Below are positions 53,701 to 64,000 of a stretch of 64,000 nucleotides of DNA, in pieces (within the stretch, counting starts at the first letter, position 1; the number at the start of each line of letters is the position of its first letter). This DNA is from Octopus sinensis. Taxonomy: Eukaryota. The stretch lies in NCBI RefSeq assembly GCF_006345805.1, contig NC_043012.1, forward strand, positions 10,354,001 to 10,418,000. The letters run 5' to 3'. A program made the position numbers and the translations under genes. Under the pieces are notes generated by a model that made no database searches, had not been told where the DNA came from, and saw only the letters and a program-made list of their open reading frames with translations.

Positions 53701-53886
53701 GGGGCTTGGATTTTTTGTGTGTGCTAGTGGCAGCAATGTGGGGAATTGGTGCCACTGGGGTAATAGCATAGGATGGTGTTGAGTGATGGCTAGAATATTT
53801 TTGTGTATCTCTTTTGCCATGTTCAACATGGCTAAAAAAGAATTTTCCTGCTTAGGGAGCAGTTTTTGCTGGAGGTGTGGTTGCAC
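50726..53886 (-). pseudogene. LINE ORF2: APE endonuclease plus reverse transcriptase (frameshifted)
   Basis: APE: ILIETHL, RADRIGRRKGG, IGLYRPP, MGDFNLP, SDHDMV. RT: PVFKKGNK...NYRPISLTS, QHGFR, FDRVDH, GVPQGTVLGPLLF, FADDSKL, RPHLEYCCPLW. At least 7 frameshifts. Confidence 0.93.
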
Positions 53887-54917
53887 TGTTGGATAGGGTT
53901 GTAGTTTCCACTTGTTGTTGTTGTTTTTGTGTCTTCGTCTTCCTGAAAAGACTGGACCAGCATTACTGCAGCATGGTGTGTTTCTATTTTATTTTTATTC
54001 AGGTTTGTGTGTTGGCTTGAAGCCCCGTTTCTGTTTGTGCGTCGGGTCCCTGGAAGATGAGTGAAGGGACAGTCACTCAGCAGACATGTTCTCTCACGTT
54101 GGGAATACCGGCAGATTTTGGGACTCCGAGTTGTGTGTGTTTTGAATTTCGATTTACTATTTGGTGGTGTTGATGTTATTGTGGGATGCGTGCTTTGGCC
54201 TTGGCCGGTAGTGCGTCTAGTGCCGGGTAGATGCGTGAAGATGCAGTCACTATTTGTGCAGAGTCTCTGGCGCAGTGAATAGCGGCAGATTCTGGGGTTT
54301 CTTGTTTGTGCCGTGGGGAGCGCATTCTGCTTCCTATGTTTCTTTAAGTTGTTGTTACTGCAGTGGTATTGAGGTGATGATGTGGGGGAAGAGAGCAGTG
54401 GTTTCCTTTTTGGTTTTTTGGTGATAGAAGACGATGGTGGCAGCGGTGGTGATGATGATGATGATAATTGTGGTGGTTGCTGTGAGAGCGGTGAAAAGAT
54501 ACTGGCATTTAGTGAATCATCTAGTATGCTAGAGGTGAGGAGTGGCTGTTGTTGTTGTTGTGCTTGACCGATGTTAGGGTCAGCTATTGTGCTGGGAACC
54601 AGGAGTGGCTCATTCTGTTGTTGTTGTTGTTGTGGCTGCTGATTTTCTAGCTGTTGCTGTTCTTGAACAGTGAAAATATAAAGAAGCTTTTCAAAATGGC
54701 CTTTTGTCAGTTTGAAAGATACTTCGATATGTTTCAGTTTACCAAGAATCTGTTTGACGGATCGTGTGTTGATCACGTGTGACGTTTTTTCGGCAATCTC
54801 ATTCAAACACAAAACATTTAAATTATCTGTTTGGGAAAGAGAGAACCAAGTGTTTATTAAAACATCGATTTCATTATCGGACCAATTTCGTCTGTTGAAG
54901 GCCTGCAAGTTAGTCAT
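53832..54917 (-). CDS. LINE ORF1: Myb/SANT-like N-terminus, Q/S/P linker, two C-x8-C-x4-C-x3-H zinc fingers
   Basis: 361-aa ORF; RRNWSDNEIDVLINTW...RSVKQILGKLKHI; CRYSLRQRLCTNSDCIFTH (54231-54287) and CRYSQRERTCLLSDCPFTH (54057-54113). Confidence 0.8.
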   Translation of the reverse strand: MTNLQAFNRRNWSDNEIDVLINTWFSLSQTDNLNVLCLNEIAEKTSHVINTRSVKQILGKLKHIEVSFKLTKGHFEKLLYIFTVQEQQQLENQQPQQQQQQNEPLLVPSTIADPNIGQAQQQQQPLLTSSILDDSLNASIFSPLSQQPPQLSSSSSPPLPPSSSITKKPKRKPLLSSPTSSPQYHCSNNNLKKHRKQNALPTAQTRNPRICRYSLRQRLCTNSDCIFTHLPGTRRTTGQGQSTHPTITSTPPNSKSKFKTHTTRSPKICRYSQRERTCLLSDCPFTHLPGTRRTNRNGASSQHTNLNKNKIETHHAAVMLVQSFQEDEDTKTTTTSGNYNPIQQCNHTSSKNCSLSRKILF

Positions 54918-55201
54918 ATTTGTTTTTCTTTTGATTTTTTTGATATATATATATTCTTTCTTGGGGGTTGAAGAAGTGTATATATATATAAATGTTCTCT
55001 CTTAAGGGTGTGAGTTTTTGATTATTTGGTTGTTTGAAGATATTAAAAGAAAAACAAGTGTATATAACAATTTGTAGTTAAATAAAAACGTACTTACAGG
55101 TTTGTAGGCAAACACGTGGTTACAAATATATATATATTTAAGGTCAGTTAAGTTTTGAAGCTGTGTAGCTTGCTACTGACTTTGGAGAGAGAGAAACAAA
55201 A

Positions 55202-55208
55202 CACGTCC
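55202..55208 (-). promoter_or_regulatory. DPE-like motif (GGACGTG) of putative internal Pol II promoter of the LINE
   Basis: Matches RGWCGTG, ~22-28 nt inside the boundary with the (TA)n flank. Confidence 0.4.
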
Positions 55209-55224
55209 GTCCAGTTCAACAGAG

Positions 55225-55313
<89 letters not shown>

Positions 55314-56607
55314 ACATGCGTGTGTGTGTGTGTATGAAAACAACTGTAACACACACGCATACAACTGCATTTGTACGTGGACTTCTATCTGAAACCGCTG
55401 AGTGTTAGTCGAGAAACCTTAAGAAACCTAAATATATTCTCGCAAATAATACAATACATGAAGCGACAAAACTCTTATGTATTTATTCCGAAGTAAATAT
55501 GTCTGTATTTATCTTCATATCCATGTTCATATGCACTTGCACATGCACACACTTTTACATAGGATTCCAGCCAACGGCGCTGTAATGGCTACCTCATCTT
55601 CGCAATTCAGAAACTATATCGATGACTATAAAATCAAGTTTTAAAGTCACTCAAATCTTGCATATGCTCTTTACTGAAAATCACCTCACAACATATAGAA
55701 GCATTGCAATAAATTACAATATTTTAATTCAAAATATCCGGGATTCTTTAACATTAACATGAGACAAATCAAAGAGGGAAATAACCCCATAATATACCTT
55801 CATAGCCCACATTCTTCAAAAGCGTGCTTCACAAGCCACCGCTAGCAGCAATTCATTAATTAAGCAGACTACGGTGAAACAATACATTTCCTAATCTTTG
55901 GTCGAAACTATTCCAGCTAGTGATATAATGGTATAAAATGCTTTATAGAACGTACACGCGTTTATCTAAAGTGAGGAAATAATTACGCTACTGTTGTATA
56001 AACATTATGCAAATCTCCACCTCACTTCATCAGTATTCCATATTAAATATAACAACAATTGTTCAAGCTCCTAATATATGCAGTTTTCTTTTACTGCAAA
56101 TTATCGATAATGAGGTAGCTTGTCGCATGATATAGCAGAGTCAGACAAAGCAACATATGACTAATATAAGCACTATGACACATCTCCGAAAACCAAGAGT
56201 GCATGACCAGAGAAGGAGAGAAAGAGAAAGAGAAAGAGAAAGAGAAAGAGAGAGAAGAGAGAGAGAGAGAGAGCGAAAGTGTCATTAAGCACGGATTATA
56301 AACCTGTAAATTCTGGTTGACATGAATGGACAAGAAGAACCGATTAATTTTAAGACAGGTATAACCCTAAAGGACATAAAAACCACACACATACAGACTT
56401 ATACACAAATTAACACACACAAGCATTCATAAACCCACATACATACACATATATGCTATGTGGATTTATTATGAGTTCTTGTACGTTTCTATGTCTTAGA
56501 TGTAAGTGATTCTTCTGGATCCCGTATCAGTTTGGTTCATGTTCTTCCTTCCCAATTTTAATCATGTTTTGTAATTTATTTATTCATTGTTATATATTGC
56601 TTTCGAA

Positions 56608-56641
<34 letters not shown>

Positions 56642-57217
56642 GGTAGCTCCATCTTGGATTTGAAAGAGGTACGGCATACCTCCGACATCTGTATTACGAT
56701 ACCTGATAATTTGCACATTGGGAAAAACGTAGATATTTTAATTTTTAACAGCTGTTGTGCTTATGGATGACAGCGATGGCATGAGGCGCGAGATTGCATA
56801 AGGTTTATACAACTCTTACATAATTATTTCGTCATTTTACTGAAACGCGTGTATGACCTATAAATCATTGGATAATATATGTTTTCTGCTCATTATGATT
56901 TCTTTATTATTTAGAATGTGTTTCACCTAGTCGCCTATTAGAAGATTTATTCCCCGTGTCATACTACACTGAATACAGGAGTAAAGTGTGGTACTGAATA
57001 CTATATTTTGTGACGTGTCGCACATTAAAGTGCATTTCTTTGATATATAGGTATATGCAAATATTCTTTCAAAAACGTTTCATTTAATTTTTCCGAAATT
57101 CAATTGTTTTCCATCCTTAGAGTTGAAAAAGTCTCAAGGGCTGAAACCGGTACTAAAATGGTTTTTATGCTAAAATTATTTTAGCCTTTTCTACCTTGTC
57201 ATTTCCCTATATATTAT

Positions 57218-57254
<37 letters not shown>

Positions 57255-57328
57255 CATATATATGTAAGTATGTATATATATGTATATATGTATGTGTATA
57301 TATATATATATAATATATTATATATATA

Positions 57329-57370
<42 letters not shown>

Positions 57371-57458
57371 CATATGTATGTAAGTATGTATATATATGTA
57401 TATATGTATATATGTATATTATATATATATATATAATATATATATATTATATATATAT

Positions 57459-57674
57459 CTTTTTACTCTTTTACTCTTTTACTTGTTTCAGTCATTGACT
57501 ACGGCCATGCTGGAGCACCGCCCCCAGTCGAACAAATCGACCCCGGAACTTATTCTTTGTAAGCCCAGTACTTATTCTATCGGTCTATTTTGCCGAACCG
57601 CTAAGTGACGGGGACATAAACTAACCAGCATCGGTTGTCAAGCAATGGTAGGGGGACAAACACAGACACACAAT

Positions 57675-57732
<58 letters not shown>

Positions 57733-57743
57733 ACACACACATA

Positions 57744-57774
<31 letters not shown>

Positions 57775-57940
57775 CATATATACGACGGTCTTCTTTCAGT
57801 TTCCGTCTACCAAATCCACTCACAAGGCTTTGGTCGGTTCGAGGCTATAGTAGAAGACACTTGCCCAAGGTGCCACGCAGTGGGACTGAACCCGGAACCA
57901 TGTGGTTGGTAAGCAAGCTACTTACCACACAGCCACTCCT
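57459..57940 (-). mobile_element. SINE family A (full length)
   Basis: Head, expanded internal (CA)n/(TA)n, (GAGTAAAA)n tail. Confidence 0.9.
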
Positions 57941-58659
57941 TTATATATAAATAAATGAAAGCATTCTGTAACTTCATAGAGGCATGAAGACCACTGTGAA
58001 TTGATATGAAAGGATTTTTTTCCGCCCCCATTTCATTTCCACATGTTCCATTTATGCTGATAGTATGATTTTGGTTGACAACATATATATTTAGTTCAGT
58101 CTCCTGGCACCCTGATTATATACCTCAGCCAAAATTATATTAACTATAGGTCATGAGATATTTCTCACAGATGGGGAAATCTGAATTTCCAGCACTCGTT
58201 TCTTTGTTAATGGAATATAAGAGAAACCGTTTCCTTGGAGAAAGAAATATAGATCATAAGTTATACTAACAAAGGACATATCCTAAAATCCCTTTACCCA
58301 GCAGGAATCTATACAAATTAAAGAACTGAAGCATCGATTTACTTTCACAAAGAAGGTGCTTCATTCAGTACTTTGTAGGACGTTATATTTTTTAAAACGT
58401 ATCTGCATAGAAAATAACATCTATAATTATATACTTTGGTTTTTTTTAACGTTTTTTTTTGTAAAGAGAGAGAGAAAAGTACTGCATATTCAAACATGGA
58501 GATAAAAGAAATACTTCGGATATTTTCTGCTAGTAATATGGTTGTAATGTTGAAATATAATACAGCGGAAATGAAAAGAAGAAAGGAATGAAAAAATGGA
58601 TATGGTAGAACAAAAAAAAAAAAATGATTCGGTAAGATATTCAATACAAAATCACAATA

Positions 58660-58990
<331 letters not shown>

Positions 58991-59299
58991 AGTAATACAC
59001 GTTACCGATTATGTAGTGGATGAGAGATATATCGTTTTATATTAATATTAGTGATTGCGTAGAAGCATTAAAATTTATGGAAAAGTGTTATATCGTATAA
59101 TTATATAATGGAATGTAATAAAGAGACACAAACAGCAAAAAGGATTGCAGTATTTTAATTCCGACTCTCTAAGCACCGGGATCGAATCCCGTTAATGAAG
59201 TATTCGAAAATTATTCTTACAAAATGCTATCATAGTTAGAATTATACATCTGTGACGGTGAATTATATTGAATATGTACCTAACACTGTATACGTGGCC

Positions 59300-59635
59300 G
59301 CGGTCGACATAGCATATCCCTGTGGCAAGAGGCTCGAAGAGAAAGAATAGAAAGATCTGAACATCTATAACAATTTGAAATGGGACACACTCAGGTTGTG
59401 GGCAATGAAGAGAATTGACATGATATCAGTAGTAATTGGGGTTCTTGGAAGTATCTGCACTCAACTACCAATATGGCTTTAAAAGATTGTACAAATGTAA
59501 AGATAGATCACCTACAAAAATTACTTTTGCTTGGAAGTGCGAGATTTCGCGGCAGGGTTCTTGAAGCATGACTAGTAAGCAAGTGTCACCTTAGTCTGCC
59601 GGCTATGGACAACTGATACGTTCCATCCTACCCAG
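59300..59635 (+). mobile_element. degenerate R4/Dong-type 3' end
   Basis: VDIAYPCGKRLEEKE...LWAMKRIDMISVVIGVLGSI...LQKLLLLGSAR; 3' UTR homologous to 15745-15830. Confidence 0.75.
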
Positions 59636-59714
59636 CAAAATAAGCTAAGAGTTTTAACCACATTATAGTAGCTGTGCCTATAGTAACGTAAAACTGTAAA
59701 GGTTGTGCCTACAA

Positions 59715-59995
59715 TAATGGAAGCTGTAAAAGTTGTTCCTATACTAATTGGTGTATTGGGAACTCTAAATAAAGATATAGACAAATGCTTGTAGGAAACT
59801 CGTATAGAATTTCCTGTAGAGCTTCTACAGAAAGTTTGCCTCTTATGGAGAGGAAAGATTATTAGGAGGATCTTCAGCATTTGAAATACTATTGAAGGAC
59901 TGTGAATACCTAAGGTTACATTTAGTAACACGCTACCCACATAAAGAGTAATCCACTGCCAGGAATAAGTATGAACCCGAGTCAACACAAAAACA
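59715..59995 (+). mobile_element. degenerate R4/Dong-type 3' end (different subfamily)
   Basis: VKVVPILIGVLGTLNKDIDK...VELLQKVCLLWRGKIIRRIF; followed by (CAA)n/AAT. Confidence 0.7.
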
Positions 59996-60417
59996 ACATT
60001 ATCAACAACAACAACAACAACAATAATGATTTCTTTTATTTGCCACAAGGCTGAAGGATAAGGTAGACAATACCAAGACAAACATAAAGTGTGGGGGTAT
60101 ACATATAATGAAAGGATAACAAAAATGTAAGTATATACGGTATACACTGAAAAAGAAGGGACATATACATAGCATACAAAAGTTTTAAAAATAGGGTTGT
60201 GGAGGATGATAGATATGCAGCCCTCCTAAGCTTTTATGATGCTTATATTTTCTTTTATGAATTCTCCGTCGAATTTTTCCACAAATATGAAGTATAGAAG
60301 ATGTATAATCAAAATTATACAGCTTCTCAATGTTACGGTTTGTCAAGTTAAAAATTCAAATGCATCGCATTTACCTTGTTTATTGTTATATAATTTAATT
60401 GTTAGCTAAAATTCTAA

Positions 60418-60635
60418 TAAGGCGATCGGTTGGTAGAATAGCTACAGCTTCAGACAATAATGACTGGCGGTATTACATCCTGTTGTTTACGTTCTCAGTT
60501 CAAATTCTGCCAAGGTTGCCTCTGAATTTCGTCCTTACAGGGTGGATAAAAATAGATTCAAAGTGAAATACTGTGCGTAAATCGTCTAACTTGCCCCTTA
60601 AATTTGCTGGCCTTGCACCAAAATTTGAATCAATT
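60418..60635 (+). mobile_element. SINE family B, old/degenerate
   Basis: GGCGATCGGTTGGTAGAA...GTTCTCAGTTCAAATTCTGCC. Confidence 0.65.
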
Positions 60636-61405
60636 ATTAAAGACTAGAAATTATGCCAGACCAGAACACGTAATTTATCTCAACGACTTATATTTTACGA
60701 ACTTTAAATAATTCTGTATGTTTTAACCCTCATTAAAGAACTTTTGAATATATTTAACCCACAATCATGAGAGGCTCTTCTTGAACACCTATAATGCATT
60801 TATGGGTAACTAAATATTTTAACATGATTTCTACAAGGTTGATAGCAACGACACAAATTGCCTTTCTCAATAATATTTTGTGATTTTCCAATCCACTATC
60901 TCAATGGCAACGCCTTTTTATTTCTGTTTTCATTGCTAAACTTCGTTTTACAAATTCGCTCTTCCAGCAAGATTTTACATTACTTTAAACACCCCGAAAA
61001 ATCGTTTGGTACCAATTATTTTACGCAGTTTCGCTTCGTCTATATTTTCAAAACACAATTCCTTCTTTCCACCGCTCTCTCCCTCTCTCTCCCCATCTCT
61101 CCCCTCCTATCTCTCTCTCCTTCTTTCAATTTCTCAATCAGTCTCTCTGCCTCTCACTGAACTATTCCTTATTTGCAGAAAATTATACGTTATCATTTCA
61201 AAGCTTTGAATCTTCCGATCCGGAATGAAGCAGCCTGCAGCTTCTGCGCATTTGGTTATAGAATTCAAAATGACATAATTATTTAATTCTTACCTGCGTG
61301 TGCATGCGAGGGGTGTATGTAATAAGTGTGGCTGTGGGGACATGTATCTATGTAGGTGTATACATACATACCTATATATCTACATACTTACATATAAATA
61401 TATAT

Positions 61406-61467
<62 letters not shown>

Positions 61468-62099
61468 ATATATATATATATGTATATATATGCACACATA
61501 CACAAACACACGCAGACACACACATACACACATATATATATATATATATATAAATATGTTGAGTGAAACAGCCTGCTACTTACAAGCATGCGCTACTTAC
61601 GTAATTATATTTTCAAGTAGTTAACGTTTACATGCTATGAGTATATACATCTTTATATATGCATATGCATATATATGTGTGTGTGTGTGTGTGAGTGTTT
61701 GTGTAACGTTAGATATTACCCGAGTGCATGCGCGTGCGTGTGTAATAAACAATCGTTTCACATCAAAATAAACCAATTAAGAGAATAACGTGAATAACAA
61801 CATAACGAATCAGTCGAACCGCAGATTTACGGTAACTGACGCATTTACACGCGGAGAAGACTTTGAAAAACAAGAAACTAAAATAAAGACAAATTGTTTT
61901 TTTTACCACGAAGTATTTTCGCAAAGACAGATATACAAATAATATAAACATAAGAGAATAAATTTGTTTTTTGTAATCCTCAACGGTATCCTATGTGCAA
62001 AACAAACATAAACAGATTCGCCTGTCTTCTACACAATAATCTTCTGCTTACATCAGTATGAAGCAAAAGTAATATAGCTTTAATTGTTATATGTATACA

Positions 62100-62271
62100 A
62101 GGTGCAGGAGTGGCTGTGTGGTAAGTAGCTTGCTAACCAACCACATGGTTCCGGGTTCCGTCCCACTGCGTGTCATCTTGGGCAAGTGTCTTCTGCTATA
62201 GCGCCGGGTCGACCAATGCCTTGTCAGTGGATTTGGTAGACGGAAACTGAAAGAAACCTGTCGTATATATG

Positions 62272-62303
<32 letters not shown>

Positions 62304-62531
62304 GTATGTATGTATGTATGTGTGTGTGTGTGTTTGTCCCCCTAGCATTGCTTGACAACCGATGCTGGTATGTTTACGTCCACGTCACTTAACGATTCGG
62401 CAAAAGAGGCCGATAAAATAAGTACTGGGCCTACAAAGAATAAGTCCCGGGGTCGATTTGCTCGGCTAAAGGCGGTGCTCCAGCATGGCCGCAGTCAAAT
62501 GACTGAAACAAGTAAAAGAGTAAAAGAGTAA
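62100..62531 (+). mobile_element. SINE family A (full length)
   Basis: Head to (GAGTAAAA)n tail. Confidence 0.9.
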
Positions 62532-62561
62532 GTGTATATATAGGCGTAGGCAGGGTTGCGT

Positions 62562-62735
62562 GGAGCTGGCAAAAACGTTAGCACGCAGGGCGAAATGCGT
62601 AGCCGTATTTCGTCTGCCGTTACGTTCTGAGTTCAAATTCTTTGTAAGCCTAGTATTTATTCTACCGTTCTCTTTTGCCGAACCGCTAAGTTACGGGACG
62701 TAAACACACCAACATCGGTTGCTAAGCGAAGGTGG
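62562..62735. mobile_element. SINE B head (+) fused to SINE A body fragment (-)
   Basis: Junction at AAATTC|TTTGTAAG ~62640. Confidence 0.75.
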
Positions 62736-63431
62736 ACACACTATTCTATCTCTCTCTCTTGTTCTTCCTTTCTGTTTTTTCTCCCACTTTTTCTCTAATT
62801 CTTCTCCTCCCCCTTCACCATTCCCCCTCTCTCTCTCTCACTCTTCCTCTTTGACTTTCTCGTTGCTCACACATCATCAACGGCTAGCTATATTTCTTTT
62901 TTCCACTTCCTTCCTAAAGACAAGACTGTCTCTTCTCAGAGCTCATTTTTCCAGCGTTCACCACTTCATCTCGTTATGGCTTAACAGCCCCCGCCCCCGT
63001 TTGGTTTTAGTGTTTTGTTCTTACTGTCCTGTTTTTGTTATCACTTTAACCCTTCGCAAAAAAATCATAAATTTTAATTAATTTGCTTTGCGGGAAGGAC
63101 TGTTTTAACGAAGTCGCGTCTTGTTCTTACCTTCGAAATGCGGAGTAGATAAAACAGGGGACAACTGATGAAGGGTATTTTCTTTATGTTCTCTGTCTCG
63201 CTTTTCTATTTGTTTCTTTCGTTGTTCGACAAAATGTTCGTTTTCCATTCTTTTGTTTTTTGTTTTCGTTTCTCATTTTGTTCACATTTTTTGACGTCCT
63301 GTACCTATATATGCATGTATATATACATATATATGTAGGCATGTACCATGTGTGTGAGAGCATATATATATACATGTATATATTATTTATATTTATATTT
63401 ATGTATATATATATATTTATATATATATATG

Positions 63432-63592
63432 TACGACGGGTTTCTTTCAGTTTTTATCTACCAAATCCACTCAAAGCTTTGGTCGGGCCGAGGCTATAGT
63501 AGAAGACAATTGCCCAAGGTGCCACGCAGTAGGACTTAACCTGGACCCATGTGGTGTGGAAGTGAGCTTCTTACCACACAGCCACTCCTGCG
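63432..63592 (-). mobile_element. SINE family A head fragment
   Basis: Match to family A 5' half ending in (TA)n. Confidence 0.85.
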
Positions 63593-63822
63593 AAATATAT
63601 ATATTTCGTCTATTGAAAGAACCTTTTACTGAAATTCAGAGAAATAAATTTTCGTTAGATTTGAAAACTTAGTTGATTCAATGAAAATGTTTGAAAATCA
63701 CATTTATGAGATAAAAAATTATTTTATTAGTATAGTTTCAATCTGCAGATTAAAACTGACGTCTTGAAAAAATGTCCTTCCTTCAGGTTTTCTTATTCAA
63801 ATGTTTCTTCATATATGTATTG

Positions 63823-63872
<50 letters not shown>

Positions 63873-64000
63873 TTGAAGACGGGAGGATGACTTCCTTTGC
63901 AAATACTGACAGGACACAGATAGTTGTCTATGGCCAGCTGAGGAGTGTGTCCTCCTGGGCTAAAAACTACAGTAGCATCCACCTTAGGGGTTAGCCATAT

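Larger units (their letters stand above)
50634..55232 (-). mobile_element. apparently full-length CR1-group LINE in (TA)n
   Basis: 5' UTR, ORF1, APE-RT ORF2, short 3' UTR, (TATCAAAG)3 tail; (TA)n on both flanks. Confidence 0.92.

Noticed and set aside
51167-55005. Plus-strand ORFs (51167, 51354, 52268, 52750, 53393, 53431, 54061, 54382, 54712)
   Set aside because: Antisense shadows of the LINE ORFs.
57110-57160. GAAACCGGTA palindromic 3' half; also CUGAUGAAGGG 5' half at ~63153
   Set aside because: Only half-motifs, with no partner segment that pairs.

Overview
Eukaryotic, AT-rich, microsatellite-saturated genomic DNA. It is mostly intronic/intergenic, and its composition and SINE families look like an Octopus/cephalopod genome (my inference, no database check). 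Nearly all short ORFs in the track are translations of (TA)n/(CA)n/(AAT)n repeats. Supported content: (1) an apparently full-length ~4.6-kb CR1-group LINE on the minus strand (50634-55232), sitting in (TA)n, with a DPE-like 5' motif, ORF1 (Myb/SANT-like N-terminus plus two C-x8-C-x4-C-x3-H fingers), a frameshifted APE-RT ORF2 and an octamer tail. (2) A decayed Penelope-like element (RT end plus GIY-YIG). (3) Several type I hammerhead ribozyme motifs in at least three short Penelope-associated repeat families: two intact-looking ones with long stem II extensions (2135-2251 minus, 36525-36610 plus), a minimal one with palindromic stem III (8794-8828), and a family with a fixed CUGU core variant. 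(4) About nine 5'-truncated R4/Dong-type restriction-like-endonuclease LINE ends and a ~555-bp non-coding element, mostly within (AAT)n arrays. (5) Four tRNA-headed SINE families, including a TSD-flanked chimera. (6) Tc1/mariner remnants, several MITE-like inverted repeats and a Helentron-like element. (7) A few phase-compatible candidate exons of an unidentified plus-strand host gene. No rRNA, bona fide tRNA or CRISPR array was found.
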